A stretch of DNA of 32,000 nucleotides. Origin: an archaeon. Its GTDB lineage: Archaea > Iainarchaeota > Iainarchaeia > Iainarchaeales > JANQMZ01. Positions within the stretch are counted from its first letter, which is position 1. Each line of letters starts with the position of its first letter. The notes under the pieces were generated by a model. The model was not told the DNA's origin. It ran no database searches and was given only the letters and a program-made list of their open reading frames with translations. The position numbers and the translations under genes are program-made. Below are positions 9,225 through 18,349 of this stretch, one piece after another. The stretch lies in NCBI GenBank assembly GCA_028279805.1, contig JANQMZ010000007.1, positions 480,001 to 512,000 on the forward strand. Reading direction: 5' to 3'.

Positions 9225-9797
9225 ATGGCTGAAAAGAAAAAGAAAACATCAAAAAAATTAACCAAAAAAATTCCTGCCAAAAAAACAAAACCGGGCAAAA
9301 AACAAATAAAAAAAACAAAAAAACCTGTGGCAAAAAAGAAAAAACCGGTTAAAAAAATTAAAAAAACAAAAGCAAAGCCAAAAAATGTTAAAAAGAAAAG
9401 AAAAAGTTCAGGTTCCAGAGGAAGCAAAAAAATAATTAAAACCGGAAAAAAAATAAGAAGCATTAAAAAAAGACAATTCAGGGGAAGATTTGGGAAAAGA
9501 GGAAGTTCAAGAAAAATTTCAAACAAAAAATGGCAAAAATGGAGAAAAAAAAGAGGAGAATCAAGAAATGTTAGAAAAGAAGACGGACTAACTCCAAAAA
9601 CAGGTTTCGGAAAAAACTCTGAACTGAAAGGGTTACACCCATCAGGATTCAAACAGGTTATTGTTTACAATTTGAATGATTTAAAACAAATTAAACCTGA
9701 AAACACCGGAATAATTGTTGCCTCGGCAGTCGGAAAAAGAAAAAAGAAAACTTTTATCAAAAAAGCAAAAGAAATGAAAATAAAAATTTTTAACTAG
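9225..9797 (+). CDS. rpl32e: 50S ribosomal protein eL32 with an approximately 100-aa lysine-rich N-terminal extension
   Basis: The C-terminal half (KKWQKWRKKRG...GLHPSGF..V.V.N..DL....P....I..ASAVG.RKK) is eL32. The N-terminal half is KKxKKP-type low complexity. Confidence 0.9.
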   Translation: MAEKKKKTSKKLTKKIPAKKTKPGKKQIKKTKKPVAKKKKPVKKIKKTKAKPKNVKKKRKSSGSRGSKKIIKTGKKIRSIKKRQFRGRFGKRGSSRKISNKKWQKWRKKRGESRNVRKEDGLTPKTGFGKNSELKGLHPSGFKQVIVYNLNDLKQIKPENTGIIVASAVGKRKKKTFIKKAKEMKIKIFN

Positions 9798-9805
9798 GTG
9801 AAAAA

Positions 9806-10252
9806 ATGAACGCAGAAAAAGCAAAACAAGCAAGTGCATTGATGCTAAAAACAGGCAAAAAAAACATAAAAATTGATTCAAAAGAAATGCAAAGAGTGAA
9901 AGAGGCAATAACAAAAGAGGATATCAGAGCATTAATAAAAGAAGGAATAATACAAAAGAAAAAAATAAAAGCACAAAGCAGGGGAAGAGCAAGAATTTTA
10001 GCTGCAAAAAAATCAAAAGGAAGAAAAAAAGGACATGGAAAAAGAAAAGGGACAAGAAAAGCAAGAACAGAGTCAAAAAAACGATGGATTTCAAGAGTCA
10101 GGTCACAGAGAAAAAAATTGAAAGAATTGAAAGAAAAAAATCCGGAAAAGGTTCAAAAAATAGGTTATCATAAGCTTTACGTAATGGTAAAAGGAAATTA
10201 TTTCAGGGGAAAAAAATATTTGGAAAAATTTGTATTGGGTGACAAAAAATGA
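9806..10252 (+). CDS. rpl19e: 50S ribosomal protein eL19
   Basis: A.A...K.GK..I.ID......V.EAITKEDIR.LIKEG.I..K....QSRGRAR. AGGTGA SD. Confidence 0.93.
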   Translation: MNAEKAKQASALMLKTGKKNIKIDSKEMQRVKEAITKEDIRALIKEGIIQKKKIKAQSRGRARILAAKKSKGRKKGHGKRKGTRKARTESKKRWISRVRSQRKKLKELKEKNPEKVQKIGYHKLYVMVKGNYFRGKKYLEKFVLGDKK

Positions 10253-10773
10253 AAACAACATATGAAACACCTTTTAGGAGAAGAAGAGAAGACAAAACAA
10301 ATTATGCAAAAAGACTTGCATTTGTAAAATCAGGATTACCAAGAATTATTTTCAGAATTTCAAACAGATATGTGAAAATGCAGATAACTGAATTTGATGT
10401 TAAAGGAGACAAATGTTTAACAAGTGCAAACTCAAAAGAATTAAAAAAATTCGGCTGGGAAAACGGAAAAAATACGCCGTCCGCATACTTAACAGGATAT
10501 TTGCTTGCAAAAAAATCAAAAAATGTTGAAAAAGCAATTTTTGACATAGGATTAATCACTCCTGTGAGAAAATCAAGAGCATTTTCAGCATTAAAAGGAG
10601 TTCTGGACGGAGGAATAAAAATTCCCTTCGGAGAAAAAGCTTTGCCTTCAGAAGAAAGACTCAAAGGAAAACACATTGAAGATTTTGGGCAAAAAAAAGA
10701 TATCATAAAACAATTTGAAAAAACAAAAAAAGAAATTGATTCAAAATTTTCAGCCAAAAAGGTGGTTAAATGA
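10249..10773 (+). CDS. rpl18: 50S ribosomal protein uL18
   Basis: PFRRRREDKTNY..R......G.PR...R.SNRY...Q, AY.TG.LLAKK, D.GL. Confidence 0.94.
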   Translation: MKTTYETPFRRRREDKTNYAKRLAFVKSGLPRIIFRISNRYVKMQITEFDVKGDKCLTSANSKELKKFGWENGKNTPSAYLTGYLLAKKSKNVEKAIFDIGLITPVRKSRAFSALKGVLDGGIKIPFGEKALPSEERLKGKHIEDFGQKKDIIKQFEKTKKEIDSKFSAKKVVK

Positions 10774-11468
10774 CAAACAGAGAAGATTCAAGAGAAGAAA
10801 AAATAAAAAAAGCAAAGGAAGCTGAAAAAGAAAAAAGTTTGGAAGTGTGGCTTCCAAAAACTGAATTAGGCAAACTTGTAAGAGGAGAAAAAATAAAAAC
10901 ATTAGATGAAATTTTTGACAAAAATATGCCAATTTTAGAACCTGAAATTGTTGATTCTTTAACAGATTTGGAAGAAATTCTTGTAGATGTTCAAAAAACC
11001 ACAAGAGTTGTAAAAGCAGGCAGAAAATTTTCATTCAGAGCATCAATTATTGTCGGGAATGGCGATGGCTATATCGGAGTGGGAACAGGAAAAGACAAAG
11101 AAAGATTGCCTGCCATAAGAAAAGCCACAAGAGAAGCAAAATTAAGCCTTTTCAGGGTAAAAAGAGGTTTTGGAAGCTGGGAAGACGCTTCTACGGCAAT
11201 GCATTCAGTTCCGTTCAAAGTAACAGGAAAAAGCGCTTCTGTCAGGGTTACATTAATACCTGCTCCACGAGGAGTCGGACTCGTTGCACCTCCAAACATT
11301 AAAAACGTGTTAAGACTGGCAGGAATTCAGAATGTCTGGATTAAAACTTATGGAAATACGAGAACACGGTTAAATTCTGTAAGAGCAACAGTTGATGCTT
11401 TAAATAATACCAACAAAATGAGTGTTTCAAAAGATTTGGAAAGAAAAATAAAACTGGAGAAAAAATAA
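10770..11468 (+). CDS. rps5: 30S ribosomal protein uS5
   Basis: W.PKT.LGKLV..G.I..LDEI, V.K.T...AGR...F.A...VGN.DGYIGVG.GK and PAPRG.GLVA. Confidence 0.95.
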   Translation: MTNREDSREEKIKKAKEAEKEKSLEVWLPKTELGKLVRGEKIKTLDEIFDKNMPILEPEIVDSLTDLEEILVDVQKTTRVVKAGRKFSFRASIIVGNGDGYIGVGTGKDKERLPAIRKATREAKLSLFRVKRGFGSWEDASTAMHSVPFKVTGKSASVRVTLIPAPRGVGLVAPPNIKNVLRLAGIQNVWIKTYGNTRTRLNSVRATVDALNNTNKMSVSKDLERKIKLEKK

Positions 11469-11469
11469 A

Positions 11470-11913
11470 ATGTTTGCAGTAATAAGAGTTAAAGGAACAG
11501 TCGGAATAAATCCTGACAACAAAAAAACTTTGGATTTATTAATGCTGCATAAACCAAATCATTTAGTTTTGATTCAGAAAAACGATTCAAATGAAAAAAT
11601 GATTAAAAAAGTTGAACCTTTTATAACCTGGGGAGAAATTGAAGAAAAAACACTTGAAAAACTTTTAATTAAAAGGGCAAGAAAATCCGGCAACAAAAGA
11701 ATTGAGGAAGATGAATTAAAAAAAGAAAAAATTGTTCAAAAACTTTTAAAAGAAAACAAAAAACTAAAAGATTTAGGATTAAAACCGGTTATAAGATTAA
11801 ACCCGCCTTCAAAAGGATTTGAAACAAAAGGAATCAAAAAAAATTACAGCATGGGCGGAGCAATTGGATACAGAGGGCAGGATATTAATACGTTGATTAA
11901 AAGGATGATGTGA
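11470..11913 (+). CDS. rpl30: 50S ribosomal protein uL30
   Basis: FAVIRVKGTVGINPD.KKTL.LL.L.K.NH.VL archaeal L30 N-terminus. About 150 aa, as in archaea. Confidence 0.92.
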   Translation: MFAVIRVKGTVGINPDNKKTLDLLMLHKPNHLVLIQKNDSNEKMIKKVEPFITWGEIEEKTLEKLLIKRARKSGNKRIEEDELKKEKIVQKLLKENKKLKDLGLKPVIRLNPPSKGFETKGIKKNYSMGGAIGYRGQDINTLIKRMM

Positions 11914-12353
11914 TGACAGTAAGAAAAAGAAAAAAGAAAAACAGGTTACGCGGTGAGAGAACCCATGGAAAAGGTGACACCAAAAACAAACGTGGAGCCG
12001 GAACCAGAGGGGGAAAAGGAAAAGCAGGTTCACATAAACATAAATACAGCAAATATTACGGAACATTCGGAAAACACGGAACACTTAAAGCAAAATCACG
12101 CGGAAAATCCGTTAATGTTGAACAAATTGAAACATTGTTACAAAAATGGCTTGATAAAAAACTTGTTCAAAAAGAAGGAAAAGTTTTTGTAATAAACGGC
12201 AAAAAAACAAAAATTTCAAAAGTTTTAGGCAGAGGAGAAATAAAAATAGCAGTAAAGCTTGTTAATATTAAAGCAAGCAAAAAAGCCACTGAAAAAATTG
12301 AAAAAGCAGGAGGAAAAACTGAAACTGTTACCAAAACAACAGTAAAAGAATAA
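11913..12353 (+). CDS. rpl15: 50S ribosomal protein uL15
   Basis: RGERTHGKGDTKNKRGAGTRGGKGKAGSHKHK motif. ATG 11913 is chosen; the in-frame GTG 11910 from the ORF track is equally possible. Confidence 0.92.
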   Translation: MTVRKRKKKNRLRGERTHGKGDTKNKRGAGTRGGKGKAGSHKHKYSKYYGTFGKHGTLKAKSRGKSVNVEQIETLLQKWLDKKLVQKEGKVFVINGKKTKISKVLGRGEIKIAVKLVNIKASKKATEKIEKAGGKTETVTKTTVKE

Positions 12354-12362
12354 GGTGATTAA

Positions 12363-13730
12363 ATGGGTTTACTTGATTTTTTAGGGCCGGTTTACAGGAT
12401 TTTGCCGGAAGTTAGAAAACCTGCAAAAGATCCCGGCATTAAAACAAAAATTTTATGGAGCGCCCTGGCTTTGCTTATTTTCTTTCTTTTAGGAAGAATT
12501 GAATTAATCGGTTTAAGTTCAGCTGCACAGGAACAACTTGCAGGATTACAGGTTATTTTGGCAAGCCAGATTGGAACACTTATTACTGCAGGAATCAGCC
12601 CAATTGTTTTATCATCAATCATTTTACAATTGCTTGTCGGCGGCGGTTTGCTTGGAATTGATTTAACAAACCCGGCTGACAGAATAAAATTTCAGGGAAT
12701 GCAGAAATTTTTTGCAATAATTTTATCCATTTTTGAAGGCTTCGTTTACCCGTTGTCCGGCCTGGTTACACCTGCACCCGGAATGCTTTTGATTGTTGCA
12801 GCTCAAATTGCACTCGGTTCAATTATTTTAATATACCTGGATGAAATTGTAAGCAAATACGGAATTGGTTCAGGAATAGGATTATTTATTGCAGGAGGAG
12901 TAAGTGCCGGATTTTTATGGCAGGCATTAATGCCTCCCGCAATAACATTAGCACAACCACAAGGAGGATTAATTCCGCAGTTTATTGCAAGTTTTACAAC
13001 CGGAATAAACTTTTTCCCTTTGTTTACAATAATAATGGCAATAATTATTTTCCTAATAGTTGCCTATGCAAACGCAATTCATGTAAATATTCCTATTACA
13101 ATGGGGCACCGGGGATCCGGTGGGCGATACTCAGTTAAATTTTTGTATGTTTCAGTAATGCCAGTAATTCTGGCAGTAGCATTGTTTGCAAACATCAGAA
13201 TATGGGCGTTAGTTGTGGGAAACTTGCCAATACTTGGAGATATTTTGAATGCTTTAACATGGGCGACAACAACTCCGTTTAATTTAATTCCGAGTTTTAT
13301 TTTACAGGCTTCAAGCAGCGGTTTTCTTGAAACGTTAACATTTATGGGACCGCAATTGTTGCAGGGATTTGTTTACTTGATTTTGCTAACAGCATTATGT
13401 GTTGTTTTTGGAAAATTCTGGGTAATGTTAGGAGCACAAGGCCCGGAAGACATTGCAAAACAATTACAATCATCAGGAATGTATATTCCGGGATTCAGAA
13501 GAGATGAAAGAATTATTGTAAAAGTTTTAAACCGGTATATTCCCCCTGTGGTAATAATGGGTTCAATTTTTGTCGGAATGCTGGCCGGACTGGGAAACAT
13601 GGTTTTAGGAGGATTAACATCAGGCACAGGAATTTTGCTAACCATAGACATTGTTTACAGGTTATATGAAGAATTGGCAAGACAACAGTTATCTGAAATG
13701 CATCCAATGCTTGGAAGAATTTTTAAATAA
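12363..13730 (+). CDS. secY: preprotein translocase subunit SecY
   Basis: 455-aa polytopic membrane protein with about 10 TM segments. It sits directly after uL15, the universally conserved position. GGTGA SD. Confidence 0.95.
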   Translation: MGLLDFLGPVYRILPEVRKPAKDPGIKTKILWSALALLIFFLLGRIELIGLSSAAQEQLAGLQVILASQIGTLITAGISPIVLSSIILQLLVGGGLLGIDLTNPADRIKFQGMQKFFAIILSIFEGFVYPLSGLVTPAPGMLLIVAAQIALGSIILIYLDEIVSKYGIGSGIGLFIAGGVSAGFLWQALMPPAITLAQPQGGLIPQFIASFTTGINFFPLFTIIMAIIIFLIVAYANAIHVNIPITMGHRGSGGRYSVKFLYVSVMPVILAVALFANIRIWALVVGNLPILGDILNALTWATTTPFNLIPSFILQASSSGFLETLTFMGPQLLQGFVYLILLTALCVVFGKFWVMLGAQGPEDIAKQLQSSGMYIPGFRRDERIIVKVLNRYIPPVVIMGSIFVGMLAGLGNMVLGGLTSGTGILLTIDIVYRLYEELARQQLSEMHPMLGRIFK

Positions 13731-13829
13731 AAAAAGTGGTTTAAATGAGTTTAACGAGGGTTTTAAAAGGAATTGGTTGGAAAACTTTATACCAGAGTTT
13801 TCAGAAAAAACCTGTTTTTAGTGATTTTA

Positions 13830-14339
13830 ATGGTTGAAATAACTCCAATTATAGGCATTTTTGGCATTACCGCCATTCTGGTAATCGTATCCAGGTTAAT
13901 GCAAAACCGGTTTATGGATCGGGATTTAATGGATGAGCAAAGAAAAGAAATGAATGAAAAAAGAGACCGGATGAAAGAATTGCTGTCAAAACAGGATGAA
14001 AAATCTTTAAAAGAAGCTGAAAAAATTCAGAGAGAAATGCTTGAAATGAGCCAAAAAATGATGCAGGGTTCAATGCGTTACATGATGGTTTCACTGCCAT
14101 TGTTTTTGGGAGTGTTTTTTTTAATGGGATTTGTATACGGAGAAACAATAATTGATTTGCCTGTGCCATTGCCATGGTGGGAAAATGCTGAAATTTTTAA
14201 TCCGTTCACATGGTTAAACATTAAATTCTTTGAACAGACAAACTGGTTTGGCTGGTATTTTGCATCATATTTGTTTATTTCAATTCTTTACGGCATAGGA
14301 AGAAGAATTTTAAAAAGAATAAAAGGGGAACAAAAATGA
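13830..14339 (+). CDS. DUF106 / archaeal YidC-Oxa1-EMC3-like membrane protein
   Basis: Architecture is TM1, then a charged coiled-coil (DEQRKEMNEKRDRMKELL...REMLEMSQKMMQ), then two further hydrophobic helices. It occupies the archaeal slot downstream of secY. Start is uncertain: ATG 13830 (AGTGA 5 nt upstream) is preferred over TTG 13773 of the ORF track. Confidence 0.65.
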   Translation: MVEITPIIGIFGITAILVIVSRLMQNRFMDRDLMDEQRKEMNEKRDRMKELLSKQDEKSLKEAEKIQREMLEMSQKMMQGSMRYMMVSLPLFLGVFFLMGFVYGETIIDLPVPLPWWENAEIFNPFTWLNIKFFEQTNWFGWYFASYLFISILYGIGRRILKRIKGEQK

Positions 14340-14671
14340 GTTCACAAAAATACGGAAAAGGAAACATTAAATTTGTTAAAGTTCCGAGCGGAACAAAAGT
14401 AAAAAAAATTAAAAAAAGAAAATCAAAAGGAAAAGACGCATTAACAGGTAAAAAATTGCACGGAGTTATTGCCGGAAAAAGAAAAAAGAAAACAACCAAG
14501 AGACCAAGTGCATTGTTCGGAGGAATATTAACAGGAGAAAGCAGAAAACTTGTTCAGGAAGAAGCTGCAAAAGTGCGTGTGAAAATTAAAAAAATTGAAG
14601 ATGTTGATTTACGTTTAAAACAATACGTTGAAATTGCGGTAAAAAAAGGTGAAAAACATGGCGGCAATTGA
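14336..14671 (+). CDS. rpl34e: 50S ribosomal protein eL34 (cysteine-less variant)
   Basis: VKVPSGTKV....KRKSKG...LTGKKLHGV...KRPSALFGG.L pattern of eL34. Synteny eL34...eL14. Confidence 0.82.
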   Translation: MSSQKYGKGNIKFVKVPSGTKVKKIKKRKSKGKDALTGKKLHGVIAGKRKKKTTKRPSALFGGILTGESRKLVQEEAAKVRVKIKKIEDVDLRLKQYVEIAVKKGEKHGGN

Positions 14672-14924
14672 AACAGGAAGAGTCTGCATTAAAACAACAG
14701 GAAGAACTGCAGGAGAAAAGGTTATAGTGGTAACAGTTTCAGATGAAAATGTTGTAACAATTGCAAATTCGTTGGGGCAAAAAGAAAAATGCAACATAAG
14801 ACATTTGTTTCCGCTGGATGAAAAAAGTGATGTTAAAAAAATTAAAGAAAAACCCAAAAAAGTCAGGAAAAAAAAAGAACAGCACAAAGGAAAACCGAAA
14901 CCAAAAGAAAAAAATAAAAAATGA
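14658..14924 (+). CDS. rpl14e: 50S ribosomal protein eL14 (KOW), with a K-rich C-terminal tail
   Basis: MAAIETGRVCIKTTGRTAGEKVIVV is the eL14 N-terminus. ATG 14658 lies 4 nt after AGGTGA (14648-14653). The ORF-track start 14649 is inside the SD. Confidence 0.88.
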   Translation: MAAIETGRVCIKTTGRTAGEKVIVVTVSDENVVTIANSLGQKEKCNIRHLFPLDEKSDVKKIKEKPKKVRKKKEQHKGKPKPKEKNKK

Positions 14925-14935
14925 GGAAATAAAAA

Positions 14936-15547
14936 ATGGCTAAAAAAGACAGAAAAAAAAAGGAACAGCAAAGAGAAGCAAAAAAAGCCAGAAAAACAGA
15001 TCAAAAACAGGAAAAAGACTCAAAAGAAATAAAACAAAAACAGGTTTCAAAAGAAAAAAAAAGAACAGATGTCAGGTATATTGTCAGAATAGCCGAATCT
15101 GATTTAAATGGGGAACTGCCTGTTTACATGTCTTTAACAAAAATTAAAGGAATAAGCCAAAGGTTTGCGGAAGCGGTTGCAAAAACATTTGAAAAAGAAA
15201 CAGGTTTTCCGTACAACGAAGAATTGGGAAAATTAAAAGAAGAACAGGATAAAATGCTTGAAAACATTATATTAAATCCGGTTAAACACGGAATTCCGGC
15301 ATGGCTTGCCAACAGAAGAAAAGATTTTGATTCAGGAGAAAACAAGCACTTGGTTTCAAGTGAATTAATTTTTTCAAAAAGAGAGGATTTGAAAAGATTA
15401 AATGAAATAAAAAGTTACCGGGGCTTAAGACACAGCTGGGGATTAACAGTCAGAGGACAAAGAACAAAAGGAACTCACAGAGGAAAAGGCGGAGTTGTGG
15501 GTGTAATGAAAAAAGATGCAAAACAAGCATCCTCAAAAAAAGAGTGA
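14936..15547 (+). CDS. rps13: 30S ribosomal protein uS13 with an approximately 45-aa K/E/Q-rich N-terminal extension
   Basis: Core is YIVRIAESDLNG...L..IKGIS.RFA.AV, SYRGLRH..GL.VRGQRTK. The preceding MAKKDRKKKEQQREAKKARKTDQKQEKDSKEIKQKQVSKEKK is low complexity. Confidence 0.93.
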   Translation: MAKKDRKKKEQQREAKKARKTDQKQEKDSKEIKQKQVSKEKKRTDVRYIVRIAESDLNGELPVYMSLTKIKGISQRFAEAVAKTFEKETGFPYNEELGKLKEEQDKMLENIILNPVKHGIPAWLANRRKDFDSGENKHLVSSELIFSKREDLKRLNEIKSYRGLRHSWGLTVRGQRTKGTHRGKGGVVGVMKKDAKQASSKKE

Positions 15548-15552
15548 TTTAA

Positions 15553-16275
15553 ATGGGCGATCCGAAAAAAAGAAGAAAAACATTTGAAAGTCCCAAAAAA
15601 AGATGGGACAAAGACAGAATTTTGGAAGAGGCAGATTTAAGAAAACAATACGGATTGAGGTCAAAAAAAGAAATATGGAAAATGGAAACAAAATTAAGAA
15701 AAATAAGACAAAATGCAAGAAAATTACTGGCATTGCCTGTTGAAAGAAGAGAAAAAAGAGAAGCGGAATTAATGGGAAAGCTTCACAGGCAGGGTTTGCT
15801 GGAAAGAGAAGCTTCACTTGAAGATGTGTTAACAATGAATGTTAATTCGGTTGCCGAAAGAAGATTACAAACACTTGTCTGGAGAAAAGATTTAAGTTTA
15901 ACACCAAACCAGTCAAGGCAAATAATTGTTCACGGACACATAGGAATTAATAAAGTTAAAACAACAGCTCCAGGACATCTTGTGACAAGAGATGAAGAAG
16001 AAAAAATATCATGGTTTAAAAAACCTTTAAAATTAAAACAGGTTACAAAAAAAGATAAAGAAAAATTAAAGAAAAAATTTGAAGAAGCAATTCCGGAAGA
16101 GGAAAAGAAAAAAGAAGCCGAACAAAAATCAGAAAAAACTGAAAATGCTGAAAAAACAGAGGAAACAAAAGAAAAGGAAAAAAAAGAAGAAGATAAAAAA
16201 CAACCAAAACAAGCAGAAGAAAAAGCAAAAGATGACAAAGAAAAGGAAAAGAAAGAAGAAAAGGTTGAAAAATAA
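15553..16275 (+). CDS. rps4: 30S ribosomal protein uS4 with an approximately 75-aa K/E-rich C-terminal tail
   Basis: GDPKK.RK.FE.P...W.K.R..EE..L...YGLR.K.EIWK and an S4 domain (RRLQTLVWR..L..T..Q.RQ.IVHGHI). Confidence 0.94.
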   Translation: MGDPKKRRKTFESPKKRWDKDRILEEADLRKQYGLRSKKEIWKMETKLRKIRQNARKLLALPVERREKREAELMGKLHRQGLLEREASLEDVLTMNVNSVAERRLQTLVWRKDLSLTPNQSRQIIVHGHIGINKVKTTAPGHLVTRDEEEKISWFKKPLKLKQVTKKDKEKLKKKFEEAIPEEEKKKEAEQKSEKTENAEKTEETKEKEKKEEDKKQPKQAEEKAKDDKEKEKKEEKVEK

Positions 16276-16718
16276 TGGCTGAAAAAACAAAAACTTTTGA
16301 AAAACACAAAAAAGAAGAAATGCAGGTTACAAAAAGGGATAATGAAGGAATTATTCACATTTACGCTTCACATAATAACACTTTAATGCTGTTAACAGAT
16401 ATTACAGGCGGAGAAACAATTGCAAAATGCACAGGAGGGCAAGTGATAAAATCAGATCATAAACAAGGAACTCCGTACACTGCAATGAAAATAGCTGAAA
16501 TAATCGCTGAAAAAGCAAGAGAAAGAGGAATTACACAGGTTTCAGTAAAAGTCCGAGGCCCCGGAGGAATCAAATCTTTTTCACCGGGAAAAGGAAGTGA
16601 AGCAGCAATAAGAAGTTTAACAAGACACGGAATAAGAATAAAAAATATTCAAAACGTGACACCAATTCCGCACAACGGTTGCAGGAAAAAAAAGAAATAC
16701 AGGTCAAAAAGAGGTTAA
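16275..16718 (+). CDS. rps11: 30S ribosomal protein uS11
   Basis: GI.HIYAS.NNT....TD..G.ET.....GG..K.D....TPY.AM..A, V.V.VRG.GG. Confidence 0.95.
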   Translation: MAEKTKTFEKHKKEEMQVTKRDNEGIIHIYASHNNTLMLLTDITGGETIAKCTGGQVIKSDHKQGTPYTAMKIAEIIAEKARERGITQVSVKVRGPGGIKSFSPGKGSEAAIRSLTRHGIRIKNIQNVTPIPHNGCRKKKKYRSKRG

Positions 16719-16724
16719 AAAAAA

Positions 16725-17456
16725 ATGAAAATAAAAAAAATAGGCGAAAAAGACGGCGTTACAAAAATATTAATAAAAGAAGCTGATACTGCGATTGTAA
16801 ACGCAATAAGAAGAACAATTATGAACAATGTTCCAATTTTAGCAGTTTCAGATATAACAATTTATCAGAACACTTCAGTTTTCTTTGATGAATTTCTTGC
16901 AAGCAGGCTGGGAAGTTTGCCGATTAAAACAGATAAAACTTATAAAAAAGGAGACAAAATAAAATTAACACTTGAAAAAGAAGGACCGGGAATAGTTTAC
17001 AGTTCCGACATAAAATCAGCTGACCCTGCTGCAGTGGTTGCTGAAAAAAACATTCCAATAATAAAACTTGGAGAAAAACAAAAAATAAAACTTGAAATGG
17101 AGGCTGAAATGAACACCGGCAAAGAACATGCAAAATGGCAGCCGGCCATCGTTTCATATTCCCAGTTGCCCATAATTGAAGCAAAAACAACTTCCTTAAA
17201 AAAAATTGAAACAGCTTTCAAAAACGCTGTTATTGAAAATAAAGCGGGAAAACTTGTTTTAGACCCTTATGAATGTGATCCTCAAAGAGCATTGGATGAA
17301 GCCGGAGACGGAAAAATTTCATTTGACAAAAATTCATTCATTTTATATGTTGAAAGTCATGGAGGATTAAAAACAAAACAAATACTTGAAGAGGCTATTA
17401 ATGTTTTGATTGAAAAAAATAACGAGTTAAAGGAGGCTTTAAAAAAAGCAAAATAA
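16725..17456 (+). CDS. rpoD: DNA-directed RNA polymerase subunit D (Rpo3)
   Basis: ANAIRR-type motif (VNAIRRTIMNNVP), RLG..P and HAKWQPA. It follows uS13-uS4-uS11 as in the archaeal alpha-operon equivalent. Confidence 0.9.
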   Translation: MKIKKIGEKDGVTKILIKEADTAIVNAIRRTIMNNVPILAVSDITIYQNTSVFFDEFLASRLGSLPIKTDKTYKKGDKIKLTLEKEGPGIVYSSDIKSADPAAVVAEKNIPIIKLGEKQKIKLEMEAEMNTGKEHAKWQPAIVSYSQLPIIEAKTTSLKKIETAFKNAVIENKAGKLVLDPYECDPQRALDEAGDGKISFDKNSFILYVESHGGLKTKQILEEAINVLIEKNNELKEALKKAK

Positions 17457-17471
17457 TTAAAGGCAGTCTGG

Positions 17472-17555
17472 GCAGGGGTTCCCGAGTGGTCAAAGGGGCA
17501 GGACTTAAGATCCTGTGGCTTAGTGCCTTCGCAGGTTCGAATCCTGCCCCCTGCA
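17472..17555 (+). tRNA. tRNA-Leu (anticodon UAA), class II with long variable arm, no encoded CCA
   Basis: Cloverleaf folded by hand. Acceptor GCAGGGG/CCCCTGC with A73. D stem CCC/GGG. Anticodon stem CAGGA/TCCTG with loop CT-TAA-GA. The 15-nt variable arm has a GGC/GCC stem. T arm is GCAGG-TTCGAAT-CCTGC. Confidence 0.92.
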
Positions 17556-17571
17556 TATTTTTGGTGATAAA

Positions 17572-17925
17572 ATGAATGCAACAGGTCCGACAAAGTTAAG
17601 CACGATAAAACTTGCAAGAGACTTAAAAAAAGAAAAGCAAAACATTTGGAAAGATCTGGCTAAAAGAATCACAGGAATAAGAAGAAACAGGGCAGAAGTT
17701 AATTTGTCAAAATTGTCAAAAATGGCTAAAAAAAACAAGGGAAAAATTTTAATTGTGCCCGGAAAAGTTTTAGGTTCGGGTTTAATGGAAGAAAAAGCAA
17801 CTGTTGCCGCTTTAAGTTTCAGTGAAAAAGCCGAAAAAGAAATAAATCAAAAAGGAAAAACATTAACATTATCTGAACTGGTCAAATCAAAAGAAAAGCC
17901 TTCACAAATGGTGATAATAAAATGA
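17572..17925 (+). CDS. rpl18e: 50S ribosomal protein eL18
   Basis: W.DLA.R.......RAEVNLSKL........ILIVPGKVLG.G......VAAL.FS..A..KI pattern. Confidence 0.9.
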   Translation: MNATGPTKLSTIKLARDLKKEKQNIWKDLAKRITGIRRNRAEVNLSKLSKMAKKNKGKILIVPGKVLGSGLMEEKATVAALSFSEKAEKEINQKGKTLTLSELVKSKEKPSQMVIIK

Positions 17926-18341
17926 CTGAAAATATTGTGGATGCAAAAAACTGTGTATTGGGAAGAGTTGCTTCAATTGTAGCTGAAAGACTTTTAAAAG
18001 GAGAAAAAATTGTAATAATAAATGCAGAACAGGCAATAATTAACGGTTCAAAAGAAACAATTGTTAAAGCTTATAAGAGAAGAATTAATCTGCATGCAAA
18101 AGGAAATCCTGAAAAAGGACCAAAGTTTGCAAAAAGAAGAGCAGACATGCTTTTCAGACAGGCAGTAAAAGGAATGCTTCCTCAAAAAACCAAAAGGGCA
18201 AAAGAAGCTTTAAAAAACTGCCAAGTGTTTATAGGTGTTCCTTCTGAATTCAGAGAAAAAGAACATGAAAAAATTAAAAACTCTGAAATGCGTGAAAGAA
18301 AAAGATTTATGTCATTAGAACAGTTAAGCAGTATATTATAG
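17922..18341 (+). CDS. rpl13: 50S ribosomal protein uL13
   Basis: VDA...VLGR.AS.VA..LL.GEKIV.INAE.. and AVKGMLP.K..R motifs. Confidence 0.94.
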   Translation: MTENIVDAKNCVLGRVASIVAERLLKGEKIVIINAEQAIINGSKETIVKAYKRRINLHAKGNPEKGPKFAKRRADMLFRQAVKGMLPQKTKRAKEALKNCQVFIGVPSEFREKEHEKIKNSEMRERKRFMSLEQLSSIL

Positions 18342-18349
18342 GTGAAAAA

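Noticed and set aside
11953-12192. Alternative-frame plus-strand ORFs inside genes (11953-12192 in uL15, 16079-16282 in the uS4 tail, 29107-29289 across eS24/eS31, 12917-13138 in secY, 1447-1674 in uL3).
   Set aside because: They overlap strongly supported genes in another frame. Their products are low-complexity K/R/N strings or have no motif, and none has an SD. They are byproducts of A-rich sequence.
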